Assembly (NCBI GenBank): GCA_964016885.1
Contig: OZ024744.1
Location: forward strand, 45,446,001-45,510,000
Length of the DNA stretch: 64,000 nucleotides
Direction: 5' to 3'
Source: Eledone cirrhosa
Lineage: Eukaryota
The notes under the pieces: model-generated
Told to the model about the DNA's origin: nothing
Seen by the model: only the letters and a program-made list of their open reading frames with translations
The model's database searches: none
Program-made: the position numbers and the translations under genes
Shown: positions 59,316 through 64,000 of the stretch, piece by piece
Layout of the letters: each line of letters starts with the position of its first letter
How positions within the stretch are numbered: the first letter of the stretch is position 1

Positions 59316-62300
59316 ATGACGGATGGAAGGACTACGGAATTCCGGAGAGTTGAAGAGAGAAAAATCTGGACGCTCAGCGACAATGCCAAAGATAAAGACA
59401 AATTCACCTCGTGGACGAGAATGCGAGCATTCCTCTTTGTTTCGGCCGCGGATGGCTAACATAACCCCATCTCCCCCCGCTCCCCACCGCTCCCACCCTC
59501 CAAACGCAATCCAAAACTTCAGAGTTGGTACCATGAATGTAGGCACCTTAAAGGGTCGCTCTAACGAGGTTGTAGAAATGCTTGAACGTAAGGAGGTCGA
59601 TGTTTGTTGTATTCAAGAGACCAGGTGGAGGGGTGGGTCTGCTAGATTCATTGTGGGTAAAAACGATGCTATAAGCTTTTCTGGGTGGGAAATGACAATG
59701 GGCTGGGTGGAGTAGGAATCATGGTAGCAGAAAAGTGGGCAGATAAGATAATAGACGTAAATAGAGTGAACGACAGAATAATTAAAATAAGACTTGTCCT
59801 CAGTAGAACGACGGTGACTAATATCTGCGTACGCACCCCAATCCGGACTGCCCGGCACTATAAAAGACAGATTCTATGAGACACTGATGCTCACTACCTC
59901 CCAAATAACTGACAGTGACTATATAATTATTGCAGGCGACCTAAATGGTCACGTTGGACAACATTGTGACGGCTACGACGAAATCCATGGAGGCTATGGG
60001 TTTGGTACTAGAAATGAGGAAGGCTCCAGAATCCTGGAATTCTGTGACGCAAATAACCTAACTATCTGTAACACTAACTTCAAAAAACGTGACAATCACC
60101 TGATCACCTATAGATCGGGGGAACACACAAGCCAGGTAGATTATATCCTTACCAGAAGACGTAACAGAGTGTCTGTTGTAAACACTAAATCCCTCCCCCA
60201 TGAAGAATGCACCTCCCAACATAGACTGATAATTAGCGACCTAATAGTCAGGACGAGACGTACTAGACAACAGAAGAGGACTATCCTCAGGAGAAAAATA
60301 TGGAAGCTAAAGGACCACACAGCCAGAAATAAATTCAAAAGTATACTACTTGATGCTTTCGACAGTAAGGAAAAGCAATTAGAGTCGTACAATATAGAGG
60401 AGCAGTGGGAATTCCTGAAAGCAAACCTGCTGATGGCGGCAGACGAAGTCTGTGGCTGGAGCAGGCCTGTAGGCAGGAGGAGAGTAACATGGTGGTGGAA
60501 TAGTAAGGTGGAGGGGTCAATTAAGGCCAAAAAGCAGGCTTGGAAAGTATGGCGGGATGGGGGAAGCAGAGAAGACTATCAAGTGGCCAGGAGGGAAGCT
60601 AGGAGACAAGTGTACTTCGCAAGAAGAGAAGCAGAGGAAAGAAAGTTCAAGCATGTTCTACAACGCGAGGACCAAAAACGTGAGGTGTTCAGGATTGCTA
60701 GGCAATGTGTCAAGGAAAACCGTGATATTGTCGGAGAAGTGTGTACTTAATGATGACGGCGTACTTGCCATCACCGACGCTGATAAGAAGGTAGCTTGGA
60801 AGTGTCACTATGAAAGGCTACTAAATGAGGAGAATAAATGGGAGAAAGACAGTCTCCCCCACATCGACCCAATAGAGGGACCAGCAGTGTTAGTCGAGGG
60901 TAGTATAATAAGTAAGGCAATCAAAGATATGAAGACGGGTAAGGCGGCTGGGCCTTCGGAAATAGTTGCCGAGATGCTGAAGGCATCTGGTACGGTGGGA
61001 CATACCATGGTCACTCGGATAGTTAACCAAGTCGTACAGAATGCGGTTGTTCCGAAGGACTGGCATAGCAGCATCATCGTTAACTGTTATAAGGGTAAAG
61101 GAGATGACCTAGATAGGAGTAACTATAGAGGCATTAAATTAATCGACCAGGTCATGAAGGTCACGGAAAAAGTAATAGCGCAACTAATCAGAGAGAGAAT
61201 TAATCTAGATGAAATGCAGTTCGGGTTTGTGTCAGGCAAAAGTACCACAGACGCTCTTTTCATAGTACGACAACTACAGGAGAAGTACCTAGATAAGAGT
61301 AAACCCCTATACTTAGCTTTGGTCGACTTGGAGAAAGCCTTCAACAGAGTCCTCCGTTCCATTATCTGATGGGCTCTTAGAAAACTAGGTGTTGACGAAT
61401 GGCTTGTGAGAGCTATACAAGCCATGTATAAAGAAACAGTCAGCAAGGTTAGAATTAACAACGAATATAGTGAAGAGTTTAGCGTAAAAGTTGGCGTCCA
61501 TCAGGGCTCTGTTCTCAGCCCCCTACTATTTATTATTGCCCTTCAGGCTATAACAGAGGAGTTCAAGACCGGTTACCCATGGGAACTCCTATACGCAGAT
61601 GATCTAACACTCATAGCTGAATCAATGGCCGAGCTAGAGAAGAAATTCCAAACATGGAAGCACGGTCTAGAATCAAAAGGCCTTAAAATTAACCTGGCTA
61701 AGACTAAAGTTCTAGTTTGTAAGAAAGAAAATAAGGCGGCGGTCCCTTCCGGGAAGTGGCCATGCCCAGTGTGTAGGAAAGGCGTAGGTAGAAACTCCAT
61801 TTTGTGTCCGAAATGCAAAGTATGTGTGCATAAAAGATGTAGTGGGATCACAGGTAAGCTAACTAAGAACATAGATTTTACATGTGGCCGGTGCTCTGGT
61901 GCAATAAGTAGCAGCAAGTGCCCACACAATACTAGCCCTTTCAACTGCGCAGAGGGTTCTATAGAAATAGTGGACAGCTTCCGTTACCTGGGTGACAAAA
62001 TCAGCAGTGGGGGAGGGTGCTCTGAAAGTACAGTAGCTAGAGTCAGAACTGGATGGAAAAAGTTCAGAGAGCTTATACCACTATTAGCCGCTAAAGGGTT
62101 CTCCCTAAAAATGAAAGGCAGGTTGTACGATGCCTGCATACAAACAGCAATGTTGCGTGGCAGTGAGACCTGGGCATTGTGTGCAGAGGATATACGCAGA
62201 CTAGAGAGGAACGAAGATTGCATGCTCCGCTGGATGTAATAGTAATATACGTGAACGGCAAAGCATAAACGAACTAAGGAAAAAATTAGAAATAAGAGGG

Positions 62301-62945
62301 ATCAGATGTTGTTTACTCGAGAGAAGGCTACGTTGGTATGGTCCCGTAATGCGCATGAAGGACGATAGCTGTATAACAAAGTGCAGGGCAATAAAGATAG
62401 ACGGTAGCCACGGAATAGGCAGACCCAGAAAAACCTGGGACGAGCTGATAAATTCCGACCTCACACACTTACACCTCACCAAGACAATGTCACTGGACCG
62501 AGATCTTTGGCGGTACTCAGTAATAGAGAAGACCCGCCTTACCTAAATACAAAGTAAAACCTACTACAGTCAGTAGGCATCTCTAACAAAATACACCCCC
62601 GTCTCACCACCCCACTCCATCCACACCGCCCCTTTCAATGTAAAGTTATGTTGGTGCCACAACATCCAGGCCGAAACAAATGAGATCGTGTAGGTGTCAC
62701 GTGAAAAAAACACACAGTTCACGCTGTAATGTGGCCGTGTAGGCAACACGGTAAAAACCTCCCAGCCCCACACTGTAAATGTGGTTGGTGTTAGGAAGGG
62801 CATCCAGTTGTAGAAAACCCGCCAGATAGTCCTATGCGAGCAAGATAATCACTCTTGCCTCAAGTAGGAAAACCCCCGTCCAAACCCATGCAAGCGTGGA
62901 ACACGGACGTTAAACGTTGATGATGATGATGATGATGATGATGAT
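59316..62945 (+). mobile_element. Duplicate of the nested RTE LINE
   Basis: Same junctions as 50846-54481 (…ATAATTTTTATGA|CGGATGG and (GAT)n|ACAAGGCGTG); carries different inactivating lesions. Confidence 0.95.
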
Positions 62946-63280
62946 ACAAGGCGTGTACATATTCTGTTTTTCATGCACACTACAAAACCACATTTGTTTC
63001 ACCTTTTGGTTCATACACTGAGCTATAGATATTTGTGTCCCGCTAACTCTTACACTACAGAATGTTTTCTCTTTGATCACGCATTTCACAAATCGCATCC
63101 TCAAAACAATGGCCTTCTTTTTTCACGTACACATTCACTCAATAGCTCGAGAATGCCTCGCTATTTTTTTACGACATGCATTCGCTCAAGTCATATGCTG
63201 TGGAGCAAACTGTTACTTTTAGGCAGCATGCTTACGGCCTTTAAGTTCACACATTACGGTTATCTTCACTGCCCAGTTAG

Positions 63281-64000
63281 TTTATGCGTTCCGTACCAAA
63301 CCTGATCGACATTCACCGAGAGAACTCCGACACCTGGATTTTGTCTCCCAATATTCAACGGATATTCGGCATATCAAGGGATCAGACAACGTAGCAGCCG
63401 ATGCCCTGTCCCGAATCCAGCTGAACGCAATACATGTGCATTCAGGCATCGACCTTCAACAGATCGCAGCTGACCAAGAGACTGACGAAGAGTTTATCAA
63501 ACTCCGAGATTCGCCATCCCTCAAGTTTCAGCAAGTTCCCATTCCTTCTTCTCCGGGACAAATTTGGTGCGACCTTTCTACCGGTCATGAACGACCGTAC
63601 GAACCACAGATGCATCGTCGACAAGTTTTTCTGCTTTACACTGCTTGTCTCACCTGGGAATCCGGGCTACACAGAAACTCATCTCTGCTCGTTTTGTGTG
63701 GACTAACATTAACAAGGACGTGCGCGACTGGTCCAGGAGCTGCATTGCCTGCCAGAAAGCAAAAGTCCACAGACACATCAAAACTCCACTCGGCACATTC
63801 GCGCAACCTGATGCACGTTTTCATCATGTGCATATCGACATCGTCGGACCTCTACCACCATCACAGAACTACACACACTTGCTCACCTGCATAGATCGAT
63901 TTTCTCGTTGGCCTGAGGCTTTTCCCATAAATGATACCTCAGCGGAAACAGTCGCTAAAATTTTGATTTTACACTGGGTATCACGTTATGGCGCCCCAGC
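63281..64000 (+). pseudogene. Gypsy pol copy 3 fragment (end of RNase H to integrase), runs off the window
   Basis: Matches 57637 onward; joined to the unit-2 3' region at a TTAG microhomology (63277-63280). Confidence 0.92.

Noticed and set aside
26317-63104. Many recurring antisense or alternative-frame ORFs over LINE and Gypsy sequence (e.g. MPFLTPTTFTVW..., MMLL...FGTT...)
   Set aside because: Shadow frames of transposon sequence; they recur only because the elements recur.

Overview
Eukaryotic, repeat-dense animal DNA; the repeat content suggests a mollusc, possibly an octopus-like cephalopod (inference only). Layout: (1) 1-~20,240 is a G-poor satellite of a 20-bp monomer (CCACACCACACTACAATATA) with kilobase higher-order periods. 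(2) ~20.7-46.5 kb looks like RTE-clade LINE debris and (TA)n microsatellite, but it hides a + strand array of 16 tandemly duplicated, symmetric phase-1 mini-exons (13 x 60 bp, 3 x 66 bp). All have AG/GT borders and splice into one stop-free 326-codon Ser/Thr/Pro/Lys-rich repeat polypeptide that the ORF track misses. The introns also carry several Penelope/retrozyme-like insertions with near-intact or degenerate hammerhead ribozyme motifs and fold-back hairpins. (3) 46.56 kb to the end is a CsRn1/Kabuki-like Gypsy LTR element (tRNA-Trp PBS, CHCC-type gag motif) inserted in the same intron repeat. It carries a nested RTE LINE and was tandemly amplified through a shared LTR (8,537-bp period). The start and end of the mini-exon gene are not identifiable here. 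All coordinates and alignments were read by eye.
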